A stretch of DNA of 60,130 nt, the filler included, from Nemertoderma westbladi (lineage: Eukaryota; Animalia; Xenacoelomorpha): the NCBI GenBank assembly GCA_032718475.1. It is 3 parts of 3 records of this genome, joined end to end, with 100 filler letters (N's around TTAATTAATTAA, not from the genome) between each part and the next. Parts side by side here need not be neighbours in the genome. Positions count along the whole stretch, not along the records: positions 1 to 28,471 come from JAUCBJ010006115.1; 2 more parts are not named here. The stretch is one strand, 5' to 3'. The notes below the pieces were generated by a model. That model did no database searches, was not told the origin of the DNA, and saw only the letters and a program-made list of their open reading frames with translations. The translations under genes and the position numbers were made by a program. This document shows, piece after piece, positions 13,030-24,717 of this stretch. Numbering within the stretch: the first letter of the stretch is position 1; every line of letters starts with the position of its first letter.

Positions 13030-13343
13030 AGTGGTAGGCATTCACCAGCGGCAGCATAGTGTAAAGATGATAGAAAAAATAAAGTTGGTTATTTAGCTGG
13101 TTATATTATATTAGATAAAGATACAATAGTAAACGTTTTCGACCTACCGGTCTGCATCAGTCTATGTACTGGCAACTAACAGGAAAAGGTGGGGGTCCAT
13201 AAATATATATATAAGTTTTAAAGGGGAATACCTGATAGGTGAATCCCAGAAAGGTTAACGTGTATGTATGTACTGTATAGCGTAAGGTAATTGTGATAGG
13301 GAAAATACACTGAGTTAGTTGTAAGCTGTCAATCTAAAGATAA
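13030..13343 (-). mobile_element. Penelope-like terminal repeat with hammerhead variant at 13126-13165
   Basis: Minus strand reads atag a CTGATGCA gacc ggta ggtc GAAA acgtt t actat; repeated at 16752-17120. Confidence 0.5.
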
Positions 13344-13790
13344 GTGCTTTTTTGCCGAGTCAGCTCTCGGGGCAAATACCACACCCTGGTTTGCCATTCC
13401 ACGGGTAGGTAGGTGTCGCAGTGGAGTAGATATGAGGCCCATCACTCATATCTACTCTGGCGCACATGACCCACCAATGGCTGTGCAGCTCATCTTCTGG
13501 GTCATGCCCTGTACCCCTGCTGCCAGGTGCAGGTCGCAGTAAAGTGCACTCAGAGTGGACATGAGAACACTCTACTCCTGACCAGCCATTGGTAGATTAC
13601 CATCTGCCTGGCCAGGCCATATACCCCTGCAGCCAAGTATATGGGTCCTTAATCCAGGACCAAGGGCGTCCTTATCCCAGAACGAAGGGGTCCTAGTTAC
13701 AGGACCAGATTTGCCCTAGTAAGAGGGTCTATGCAGCTACAGGTGGCACCTCCTTTATGCTGCATGGAGGTGGCAAGTTTTCTTGATCAA
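13344..13790. repeat. GC-rich, hairpin-rich interspersed repeat (copy 1)
   Basis: Alignable to 24033-24491. Confidence 0.8.
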
Positions 13791-14439
13791 TGACCTAGAA
13801 TACCTGACCTGACCTGACCTGACTTTTTGTTCATAGCCCGGTTTTAAATGGGTAATAACGGGCGTTGATAAATCTCGCGATTAAAAAATATCAACAAGAG
13901 TAAAAAAATTATTGCAAGATTAAAAATATCAAAAATATCACGAGTAATAATATGAAGACTAAAAATACCGAGAATTAAAATATCGCATGTTAAATAAATT
14001 TTTGTGGTAGCTAGTGTTTTTACAAAAACTATAGCTATAAAAATTTTTTTTTTTAAATAAGACATTGTTTATTTTAATTTCTATGGTACTATAGTTTCCT
14101 ACCGTTTTCATGTGTAGCTAGTGTTTTTACAAAAACAATGTTTATTTTAGTTTATGGAACTAGCTAGCATTTTATTGGTAGCTATTGTTTTATTCCAAAA
14201 ATTATAGCAATTTACCTAACACCGGTTCACACTAGTCATGGCACAGCTTTGGGTTTTAAACCTACATTCTGCGCATTAGTTAGGCCTTACTGACTAACCC
14301 CCCCCCCCCCCCCCCCCCTTTGACAAACACACTCAACAGGATGAATCTGCCTGTTGACAACTGCAACCCCCTAAACTTCATCCTCCGCAGCACACCCACA
14401 TGAATCGACATCGATTCCAAACTGACCGTGACAACTTTC

Positions 14440-14810
14440 TATTCTCGTGGTCATATAACACCATCATAAAGAAACGCAGACTCACCAATGTCGAGAACTC
14501 CGTACCCAACACTATTATCGAGAGGCTGGGCACCCATATTGACAGAAAGACCAATAAGTGAGTGCACCGCCAGCAACTCGCCCAGCAAAACTGCCTTCCA
14601 GAAGAAGCACCCAAAACCTTCCTGGTCTACCTATGCAACATGTTACAAGGTGCTCCCCACCACCGACACCCACACCAATGACTGGCTCCTGGATCAGTTC
14701 ATCCTTGGGTTCTGTGACCAAGAGGTGACTGAATACCTTCCTGTGCCTTCCCGCTGGCAGTTACCTCACTAATGCCCTGCACTTCGCCCAGGCCGTGTGG
14801 TTTGCCTGAA
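14440..14810 (+). mobile_element. Degraded Gypsy-like gag fragment
   Basis: LLDQFILGFCDQEVTEYL resembles the Gypsy gag motif LRDQFIxGL. Confidence 0.4.
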
Positions 14811-15418
14811 AGGAAGCTCCTCATCTTCAATGTGGTCCACCAGTTCCTCCACCAGTGGGGAGTCCTACTGGGTGCGCATCAATGGCTGTGCGCAGGCTGT
14901 TGTTAATCAGTAAACCTCTATTGTTTAAGTCCAATGAGTCATCTTGGCCACCCACTATAATGCGTGGATCCTCATGGGATATCAGTCACCAAGCCTGAAA
15001 CGAGGATTGACGATCGTTATTCCCACTGCAAATACACCAAGCTTTGTGGACCCACACCATCCAATCACCATGAGCACCGATATGCAAATGAAAGTAATTA
15101 TTACCAGTAATTATTAATGGTCTACATGTACCGGTTGTACCATGTGCCAAACTCTTATTCTGTGTTCCATGGATACTACTTGATTATCACCAGCCAAATA
15201 AAGTTCTACATTATATTCGTCATGATCTACCTACAGTACTGAGTTATATAATATTTCAATATCCAATAATAACTCTAAACACAACACTAATGTAAACTAA
15301 CACTAATGTAAACTGACAAAATACTATTACCAAAAGCAGCTACTGTATATACCACAAAGTAATGGTTTATCCAAATGCTAAACCCCCAATTCACAGTGAA
15401 TTTCACTTCTTGTCAATA

Positions 15419-16726
15419 TCAAGTCTCACTGACCCAACATCTAAAAGCGAACACAGCAACCAGAGAGATGATAAATGGCAACCCAAACAAACTGAGAAGC
15501 GAGCAAGCAAGTTCCATACCAAAGTAATCATTGAAAAATCCACCAATAATTGGTCCTATGATAGCTCCAATGGAGAGTGCAATTCGAAGCATTTGTTGGA
15601 GAAGTGATCTGGTATCTACATTATCATGGTAACCACAAACATTCACAGCCTGTTGTGTTTGTGTTTCAAGTGCAGGTGTGCGAAATAATCCAGACCCCAT
15701 GCCTAGGAGTGCACACCCAGTGATAGAGATGTTGAGATCATGAGGTAAACCCAATAGCTCTGTAGGACCTATTAGTTGCATTGACAATGCTAGTAACATT
15801 GCACCAAATACAGTTGGTAAGATGGTCTTCAATTTCTTTATCATTACAGACATTATTAAACCAGTAGAAGTTCCAAGACATGGAAATATCATATAAATAC
15901 GTCCAATATTTTACTGGTTGACATTGTAGTTGTAGTGAATGTAGGCAGCATAGTTTGCAAAGGTGAAGGATGATAATATTCTGGCACAAACATTCAAAAT
16001 GAATATAAGTGTAATTATCGGATTTTTAAGAAGCCCAAGATAAGTTGGTCTGTCTTTCGATTCAGATCTGTCGTAAATATATGATGGTGACTCCAACCAG
16101 CAGTAAAGGACAATAATGAGAAACATCAAACCCGATATTATAAACGGGAACTCAAAACCCAATGAAGCAAAAATGAATGAACCAAAAACTGGCGCAACCA
16201 TGAATCCCACAGCGTCACAAACAATAGCTAAACTGGCTAATAAAGTTCTTTGTGCAGGCCACAATTCCATCAATAGACTGTATGAATACATAAAACTGAT
16301 GTTGAGTCCAACTGCTTCAATAATGCGCAGAGAAAAACATGCGAAAATATATAATCGATTGCTGTTGTTGGGTATATATTCTACAAACCCAAATGCCAAT
16401 TGAGAAACAGCTCCAATAATTCCAAATAGGCCCAAAGAGATACGAGTGCCCCAATTGTTGATAGAATGAGGGCAACTAATGTATATTATAAGTCTGACAG
16501 TAGAAAACATTGCCAATAATGCACCAATCAGAGTCTTCGACCAACCACGTTCTTCTACAACAATTGGGAAGAAGGTTTCCAGTAGATTCTGACACCAACC
16601 TGGTATCATTTGATACATTAACAACATGGCCACCAACATGTAAAATCGCCCTCCCTTTTGATGGCTATTAGTAAGAATTTTATTTGTTTCATCATAAGAT
16701 ATAATGGAAGCTGCCCCTTCTGACAT
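15419..16726 (-). pseudogene. MFS transporter (SLC18B1-like) paralogue with one premature stop
   Basis: Colinear with 24718..26031; TAC(Tyr) is TAA at 15911-15913 and the downstream ORF continues in the same frame. Confidence 0.8.
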
Positions 16727-16751
16727 CTTGTAAACCTAATTCAAAGAGATG

Positions 16752-17120
16752 ATGGTAGGCATTCATTCACCAGTGGTAACATAGTAAGGAAGATAAAAAT
16801 ATAATACAGTATTGAAGTTCTTTAGCTGGTTATATTATATATAGTAGTAAATGTTTTCGACCTACCATTCTGCATCAGACTATGTACTGGCAACTAACAG
16901 AGATAGTAGAGTGTATATATAAATATATGTTTTAATGGGGAATACCTGATAGGTAAAACCAGAAAAGGTAATGTGTTTATATAATGTAATGTGGCATAAT
17001 AATTTCGAAATGTAAATTAGACAGGGTTATAAGATGTCAATCTAAAGTACAAATATAAGGTTGAAAATGGAATACCTGATGGGAATAACGGGGCAAATCC
17101 CAGGAAAGGTAATTTGTCTC
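16752..17120 (-). mobile_element. Penelope-like terminal repeat, second copy, degraded hammerhead at 16844-16883
   Basis: Similar to 13030-13343; stem II gacc is changed to gaat. Confidence 0.45.
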
Positions 17121-17210
17121 TGTCTACATACTGTATTATACATGTTATTATAAGAAGGGATCTAAGACAGGCTAGGCTGTCTTTGAAATTAATACTCCAT
17201 ATCTCAAGAA

Positions 17211-17270
17211 CCTGTGGCCTAGTGGTTGTAGTCTCGGCTTCCGCCTCGAGGTCCCAGGTTCGAATCCGAC
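17211..17270 (+). promoter_or_regulatory. tRNA-derived head with Pol III A and B boxes
   Basis: A box tggcctagtgg at about 17215-17225; B box ggttcgaatcc at about 17257-17267. Confidence 0.75.
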
Positions 17271-17313
17271 ACCACGCTGATGAGACCCAGTAAGGTCGAA
17301 ACGTGTACGTGGT
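17271..17313 (+). ncRNA. Minimal type I hammerhead ribozyme
   Basis: accacg CTGATGA gacc-cagtaa-ggtc GAAA c-gt-GT A cgtggt: perfect 6-bp stem I, 4-bp stem II, canonical core, GUA cleavage triplet. Confidence 0.85.
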
Positions 17314-17702
17314 TTGGAGAGATATGATATATTAATTTCAAGAAAAATTACGCGATTCCTAAATTTGTATACTACCCGGTTAAAAAGTACACATGTGATG
17401 GGATTAGTCCTACAATTGCGCCAATAAAAGATAAGTTATTTTCGGTAAAATAAACTTATCATTCGAGGTTAAGACCCCTAGATCCCTTCTTATAATAACA
17501 TGTATAATAACAAACACCTCGAAAAATACAGCTTGCCAACACATTGTTACATACTGTATGGTATAATTGAGTTAGGTAAGTTACACAGGATTATAAGTTT
17601 AATTTTAGTGTTGTAGTTTTTACCATCCATACACTAATTCAGAGAGTTAATAGCGCAAACACACACAAACACCAAATATGTGTTTAGTTTGTTAAATAGT
17701 TA

Positions 17703-19276
17703 ATGTTAAGTGCGAGAATAACGACTGAAGCCCTACTCCTTCAGGTCGGAAAGGATGGTAAACACCGGCAAGCTAAATCACCTAACGGCAGTGTGAGCCC
17801 TGCAACCGGATCTAGTCGTGATGCTAGGTTTAATTATCAACAGCGAAGGAGGCCGAGTTTCGTTAGGGGAAGGTGTGAGACAATGGCATTTCCAACCATT
17901 ATCCCGAAAAATAAACTTTTCCTTTCGGGGTGCGGTCCCAACGTCGATGCTGTTACGATTGTCAAACACATTGAACCCAAGTTAAACTTTTCCATAGAAT
18001 GCGTGAAAGTTTCAAACGAAAATGTGAGTCATATTCTTCATTTGTTCTAACGTGCAGAGGTGATGAGGTGAATTATCTACTCGATCCAGCTATATGGCCC
18101 AGGTGGGCGAGAGTGAGGGAGTATCTGAAGTTCAACCCATATCGCTCTCGTGTTCAGACACCACAGCGAAATCGGCAACTCGATGGCCTTGGAACCCAGA
18201 ATATTCGGAGAGTAAATAAGGACCGTATAACTGATATTGGGTCAATAGAGTCAGTTGTCCTTGGTCCTAAGGAGAGCATTGTGGATTCCCTCATAGGTGC
18301 GGAGGTTAAAACTGTAGAATGAGTTCCATCCCCGGGTGTCTTAATGTCTTCATATACCTAATCATGTAAATATTATTGCACACATGTTGTATTTTTATAC
18401 CTAAATATTTTTCTATATTAAGTATTTTTCAGTATTTTTCTTTTTATACTAAATATGGCAGATTTGAAAATAATTTCATTCAACTGTGGTTCCTCGGTGA
18501 AAAATAATCTCGGTACATTAAAAATTGTTAAGGATTTTTGCTATTCAGATATTGATATATTATTGTTGCAAGAAATAATGATTCCTAACCAAGAATTAGA
18601 TTTTCTTTCCAGTATACATCCTAATTTTTTAGCACAGGGAACTGCCCCTGTAGATCTGTCTGAAGGCCCTATTGCGGGGTGTATACATGGTGGAATTGGT
18701 ATTTTGTGGCGTAATGATATTAATTTTTCTGCCAATATAGAACCTATAGTTTTTAATAATAGTCATTGTATTATGGGACTTAATATTAATCTGGATAATA
18801 ATGAGTCACTGTTATTATTAAATATGTATTTTCCATATGAATCACCTGACAACGCAGATTTATTCAGTGAGTATCTGGGTTGCTTACAGGGGATTATAGA
18901 GTTGAGGGTGGCCACGCATATTTGTATTATGGGGGATTTTAATTCGCATCCCGGTAGGCACATTTTTACTGAGCTGTGTGAGTGGTGTGAGTTGCTGGGA
19001 CTGATAGTGTTAGACACAGATACTTTCAGACACGGGACACGGATACTTTCACTTTCATCAGTGAAGCTCACTCTAGTATTTCTTGGCAATTCTTGGCTTG
19101 ACCATATTATATGTTCTAAATCATTTGCAGGGTCCATTTATAATATTAAACCCTTATACGATATTACATCATATGATCACATGCCGCTGAGTGCAACTCT
19201 TTCAGTTTCTGTTAGTAGTCCAACAGTTAATAACATAGGGGCTGGAGCTGCCCCTACCAGCTCGAGATATGATTGG
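17703..19276 (+). mobile_element. CR1-group LINE 5' part (ORF1 remnant and APE), 3'-truncated
   Basis: KLFLSGC..WP ORF1 motif; APE SFNC, LQE, GDFNS, WLDH, DH. Confidence 0.85.
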
Positions 19277-22200
19277 TACCAGCATGGTAAATCTTACTAC
19301 AATCATCTTGATTTGTATTTCAAGATTTCTAATTATTATGGGAAACTTAGTGTCAAAGGACAATGGAGCATTGGTTAATCTCCCTCCGACACGTATTAGC
19401 CCATCTAACATTGTGCTAGAAAAATAATACCTTGAGCGCATCTGTGAATGTCTGTCTTAACAACAGGAAATACTTTTCGGAATTCTCATAACATTGCAGG
19501 AGTCTCAGTATTTGCTTGTTGGTATCGTCATGTTCTTAGTAACTGATTTTGTCAGTTAGAAACTTAGTGGGTAGCCGATAAGTGGGAAGGTCTTTGACAA
19601 TGTGGACCCTTTCGGCTATTTCAGGGGTGGTGTCATTAGCGATCTTCGTCCTGGAATAATGATGATGGAAACATCACTTTAAATATACAATGGCTTTGTA
19701 TAGCCTATTCCAGGAGCTATAATGAGCCATTACTCTCTGGATGAAGGGAGAGAGTCCCTTTGAGAAATATGGTATTCCGGACTTCCAATCTCTTTCCCTT
19801 ATTTCAACAACCGCATTATTCGGGGCTCGTGTAATGTCCATGGATTTTGGTTGGTTAGGATCCACAGTGGTGTCACCGGCGGTATGTAGCATAGACAGAT
19901 CAACCGCTGGCTTGAACAGTTTGGATTTGCTCGTCCGGGTTTTGGATTTGACCTTTTCCGCTCCCTTGGCTTGTCTGATCTCAGCTGTGGTGAGATGTGG
20001 AGGCCATTCCTCCACTTACTTAGGAAGTCGGGGCCACCTAACCAAACTGGAGTATCTGTCAATTCTTGAGGAGTTACTCCTCTGGAAGCGATGTCGACGG
20101 GGTTAATCGTCCCAGGGCAATGTCTCCATTGGTCTATATTAGTGCGACTGAGTATAATAGCTACTCGGTTAGTAACAAAGATGCTGAACTGATAGGCTTC
20201 ATTAGTGATATATTCCAGAGTAATGCATCAGTCCAATAAACGGTTTTCTCTAATAGATATTCGATCTGTTCAGTTACATCTGTTCAGGCTACTATACCTA
20301 TTCCGATATCGCTGGCGTCTCCAAAAACATGGAGTTGATAGGAATAAGTGGGGAGAACGTGGCCGAAATATGAGAAGGAATTCTTAAAGTTCTCGATAGC
20401 TGGTAAAGAATCCTCCCACTTCATCCACTTATTTAGCAGTTCTCCCTGGAGTGGATCATCCCAAGAGTAGTTTTTGAGCCACATTTGTTGCACCAGACTC
20501 CGAGCTACCTGGATTATAAGACTAATGAATCCCAATGGATCAAAATAAGTGCTCAGAATACGTTTAGTTTGAACAGGATTTTCGTGTTGTTTCAGTTGGA
20601 ATAATAAAATATCTCTATCCGGCCCATTTCATTCCAAGGGTTTTGGTTTCTGGGAGATTGTCCTTAATGAGGTCAAGATCTTTAACACCTCAGTCTTCCA
20701 CTGGGATCGACTCCAGGAACTCCCAGGAGAATTTGGTTAGGCAAAATCCACCTCGTTGTAGGCACTCTACCGTTCCCTTGGCAACCTCAATTGCTTCTTC
20801 CACTGAGGGGAGGGACTTAAGGTTGTCATCCATGTAAATATCTTGTTTGATGTTGTCAATGACCGCTTTAGGGAAGGCATCTCTATTATCGTCGGCATTG
20901 GTGCGCACTACCGCACAAGCGTTCGAGGGGCTAGATATGATCCCGAAAGCCTGGACGGTCGGTCATCCAGTACTACACCGGTTCTCGGTTGAGGTTTCAT
21001 TCAGGCCCCCACAGAAATCATAGACTATCCCTATCTCGCTGTAACGCTTTAACTTGCTGAAATATGCCTTCAATGTCTGAGGCGAAGGTGATAGAATATT
21101 GCCGGAGTCGTAATAATATTCCCAATAAAGATTGGAGTAAGTTGGGTCCCAGCAACAATTCGGAATTAAGGGATTGTCCCTTATAAAGGGCAGAGCCATC
21201 AAATACTACCCGGACTTTGTCTGGTTTACCGGGTTTAGGAATGTAATGATGGGTTAAGTAATGTGTTCTCTCCATTATGGATGTTTCCACTGGAACTCGC
21301 TCCACGTATCCTTTATCTATAAGCTTCTTTAATTCCATCTTATAGATCTCTTTAGCTTGATCATTGGATGATAAGCGTCGATGCAGTTGTTTGATTCTTT
21401 TGATGGCTAAGAAGGGTCGGTCGGTTATTAATAAAGCTGGGTTCCCTCTTTCTAAAAGGCAAACCGATCTCGTAACGACCCTCCTCCTTGATGTAACGAG
21501 TAGTTGTTGCCTGGATTTTTTAGCTCTCTCCTCCTCTACCGATAATGCTTTATTGTAAGAGTTGGATTCCACAGCTTCCTGGGTAAAGAATCGCACTGCG
21601 TGTTCATCTCGTAGTTTGGTATTGTATCGCTCTACTACCTCATTGAGTTTGTCGTTGTCATAAGCTAATAGTTCGTTATTCTGCTGTATGAGGTTACACA
21701 ATTCTGATTGATTAGTCCATCCAAGTTTGAGTCTCAGTGAGGATTTCAATAGCATTATCCTCGTCGTATAAAATTTGTATATCGTCATTATCTGAGGAGC
21801 ATGAAGTTCCCTCAGCTATGATGTCATCTTCTTTCATGGTTTCCACACTCTCTCTTACATGAATGATATGTTTGTTTTCTAATCTTTCCCTTAATGTGCG
21901 TCTAGGTCCCTGAAATACCAACCTACTCTAGTTCGTCCCGCATATGTTTGTAAAGATCGCGGTCGAGCGCTTCATGCGCATTTTGGCCGAGTAACATTTG
22001 TACCCCTGGGTAATCTGTTCTAAATCTGGGGACATTGTGTTGCTGGGCAAAGCTGTCCTCGTCCCAGTTATAAGGCTGTACTTGACTAGCAGCAAAGTTC
22101 TTAATAGCCACCATTTTAACGGACCTTATACTGTCTTACTGTATACCTTATACTGTATTATGAATATTCCAATATCAGTACTGGGTGCAGGAACTTGGAA

Positions 22201-23140
22201 TTTGGGCATATTCAATGGACTGGGGGTGATTTACGGGCGAATATTGGGGCGACTTACAGGGCACGGGACTCATATCAGATATTTAAGGGCCAAGGGTGGG
22301 AGGTAAGATCAAGCAGTACTCAGGTTTACCTGATACTAATTAGGCCTAGCCAACCTCCTACTGTCTGTAGAGGTAGTTTTGGTAACCCGCTAGGCCTTGG
22401 GACAAGGACTGCCCTTAGCGGTTCCTGGCCAACAGCAGTTATTACGAGCCTGAAAAGGATTCGGAAAGCCTGCTGATTGCGTCAGGGATTTGCGACGGGA
22501 ACTGACAGATCCTTAGCGGTCCCTGGTCACCGGCAGTTATTACGAGCCTGAAAGGAATTCGGAAAGCTTGCTGACTGCACCAGGGACTTTGCGACGGATC
22601 GACTGACTGGACGAAGGAAGGGTTTGACGAGGACTGACTTCTTGGAGTGGGTTCCACGACCGGCGTTACTACGAGCCTGAAAAGGATTCGGAAAGCTCCG
22701 ACAGTTGGGACTCACAACGGGCTGACCCCTAGCCAAGCCGTACCGCTTTCCTGATGACCGTTCCCTTTGGGGTTCGGGAAGGGTGGGACGGACACGCAAC
22801 AGGGTCGAAAGACAAAGGACCGGACTCTACTGGCCTACCGACTATTCGGAGCAGCTTCTCAGCTACCGAAGCGACTACGAGCCTGAAAGGGATTCGGAAA
22901 GCTTAGGTGGTTGGGACCCTGCGATGAACTGACAGACCCCTAGCCAAGCCGTACCGCTTTCCTGATGACCGTTCCCTTCGGGGTTTGGGAAGGGTGGGAC
23001 GGACACGCAACCGGGTCTACTGACCTGACCGACCCTTAGCCAAGCCATACCGCTTTCCTGATGACTGATCCCTTCGGGGTTCAGGAAGGGTGGAGACGGA
23101 CACGCAACAGGGTCGACCGACACTGACACTACGGTACCTG
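19277..23140 (-). mobile_element. Degraded BEL/Pao internal fragment (gag-side repeats, RT, RNase H region)
   Basis: KVRVVFDGSA, LLLGPNL, YMDD, LHVFGDAS, IRVGGRL; homologous to 44503..46764; many frameshifts. Confidence 0.9.
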
Positions 23141-23279
23141 GACTAGGACAGAGGGATAATGAGGATCATTAGTTAGGTTAAAATCTAAAAGCAAACAGTG
23201 GGTAATTAAATAATGTACTGTAGGAATTTATATGTTCGTGTATTATTGTGAATATTTGGTATATTGGTGTGGGGAAGCC

Positions 23280-23760
23280 CAAATTATTCTCAATTAGGGT
23301 TCAACTGTAGAAAAGTTATATTACAGATTATCCAACAAATGTGACTTTTTCTCTACTGCAATCCTGCATCTCAGATAAGACTCCCTCTCCACTCCCAATA
23401 TCTGGTGACTGGCCGGAATCAAGTGGTCTGAAAATTCCACCACCAGCATCGGCGTTTTCCCCCCCGGGGTTGGGAATAACGGCAACAACTTGCTTTGGCC
23501 GAAGGCCGTTGAGGAAAACAATAGGAGTTTGTGTTGTTTCTCGGTATTGATTAACATAGGCGATAGTAACACATCGGTACTGATAAATGAATATAGCAGA
23601 ATATACACAGATTAATTGTTACCGGTATGGCGGTGGCAGTCATTAACTATGACCAGTCTGCATGGATGCTTTCCTGTTCCTTATCACGTGCTTCCCTCCC
23701 CACTATTGGCTAATATACTAATTGTCACTTTGGCACTCCCCTTGAGTGTTTCCCCTCCAC
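23280..23760 (-). mobile_element. Possible Penelope GIY-YIG endonuclease remnant
   Basis: ECQSDN.YI and DH..QILGVERESYLRCRIAVEKK resemble the PLE endonuclease; heavily degraded. Confidence 0.35.
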
Positions 23761-24032
23761 TGCTAGCCTCTACTAGCTGTATTCCCTCCGAGGTGGTTTG
23801 ACCTCTCACCTTTCTCTGTGGCTTTGGGGCTTTTTGACCTCTCACCTTTCTCTGTGGCTTTGGGGCTTGTGTCGCCCCCCCCCCCCCCCCCCAAAAAAAA
23901 AAATGTTGGTTATGATACGAGATTAATATTGGTAATCTCGTATCCCCAACATATTTCTAAATGCCACTGGTCCCATTTTCTGTTGGGTAATGAAGTGGAA
24001 TTGAATCCGCTTACAAGAAGTGGGGGTTGGGG

Positions 24033-24491
24033 GTGCTTTTTTGCTGAGTCAGCTCTCGGGGCAAATACCATATCATGGTTTGCCATTCCACAGGGTGGGT
24101 GTCACAGTGGAGTCAGATATGAGGCCCATCACCCATACCTACTCTGACGCAGAAAAACCACCATTGGTTGTGTAGCTCATCTGCTGGGCCATACCCTGTA
24201 CCCCTGCTGCCAGGTGCAGGTCACAGTGAAGTGCACTCAGAGTGGACATGAGAAGCCATTGACCAGCCACCTCCTGACCAGCCATTGGTAGATTACCATC
24301 TGCCTGGCCAGGCCATATACCCCTGCAGCCAAGTATATGGATCCTTAATCCACGACCAAGGGTGTCCTTATCCCAAAATGAAGGGGGTCATAGTTACAGG
24401 ACCATATTAGCCCTCATAAGAGCTTCAGTCTATGCAGCCATAGGTGGCACCTCCTTTATGCTGCATGGAGGTGGCAAGTTTTCTTGATCAA
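24033..24491. repeat. GC-rich, hairpin-rich repeat (copy 2)
   Basis: Alignable to 13344-13790. Confidence 0.8.
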
Positions 24492-24717
24492 GTTGGTCGG
24501 TCACAAGAGAAACCATTAAGAGACTGCTGTGTTTTGTGCGTGATCCATGCAAACAATGGGAGGTCATATGCACAAATGCAAAGAGCACCCTACACCCTGG
24601 ATCGAATCTAAGCCATAGTTGAGAAAATAATATTACCAAAAACATTTAGATACAATAAAGTACTGCCTGGTCACATGCACAGTCCCATTCACAGTGAATT
24701 TATATTCCCTCTCAATA

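Larger units (their letters stand above)
17134..17509. mobile_element. Short element with perfect 31-bp inverted repeats
   Basis: tattatacatgttattataagaagggatcta (17134-17164) and its exact reverse complement (17479-17509). Confidence 0.8.

Noticed and set aside
13728-13797. HDV-like ribozyme
   Set aside because: The putative P2 partner is absent in copy 2 and P1 lacks the expected initial G
15911-15913. Programmed stop-codon readthrough in the MFS copy
   Set aside because: TAA-A is a poor readthrough context and the paralogue has TAC
22752-23080. CTGATGA motifs as hammerhead cores
   Set aside because: No correctly placed GAAA, stem III or stem I; they are part of the BEL/Pao repeats
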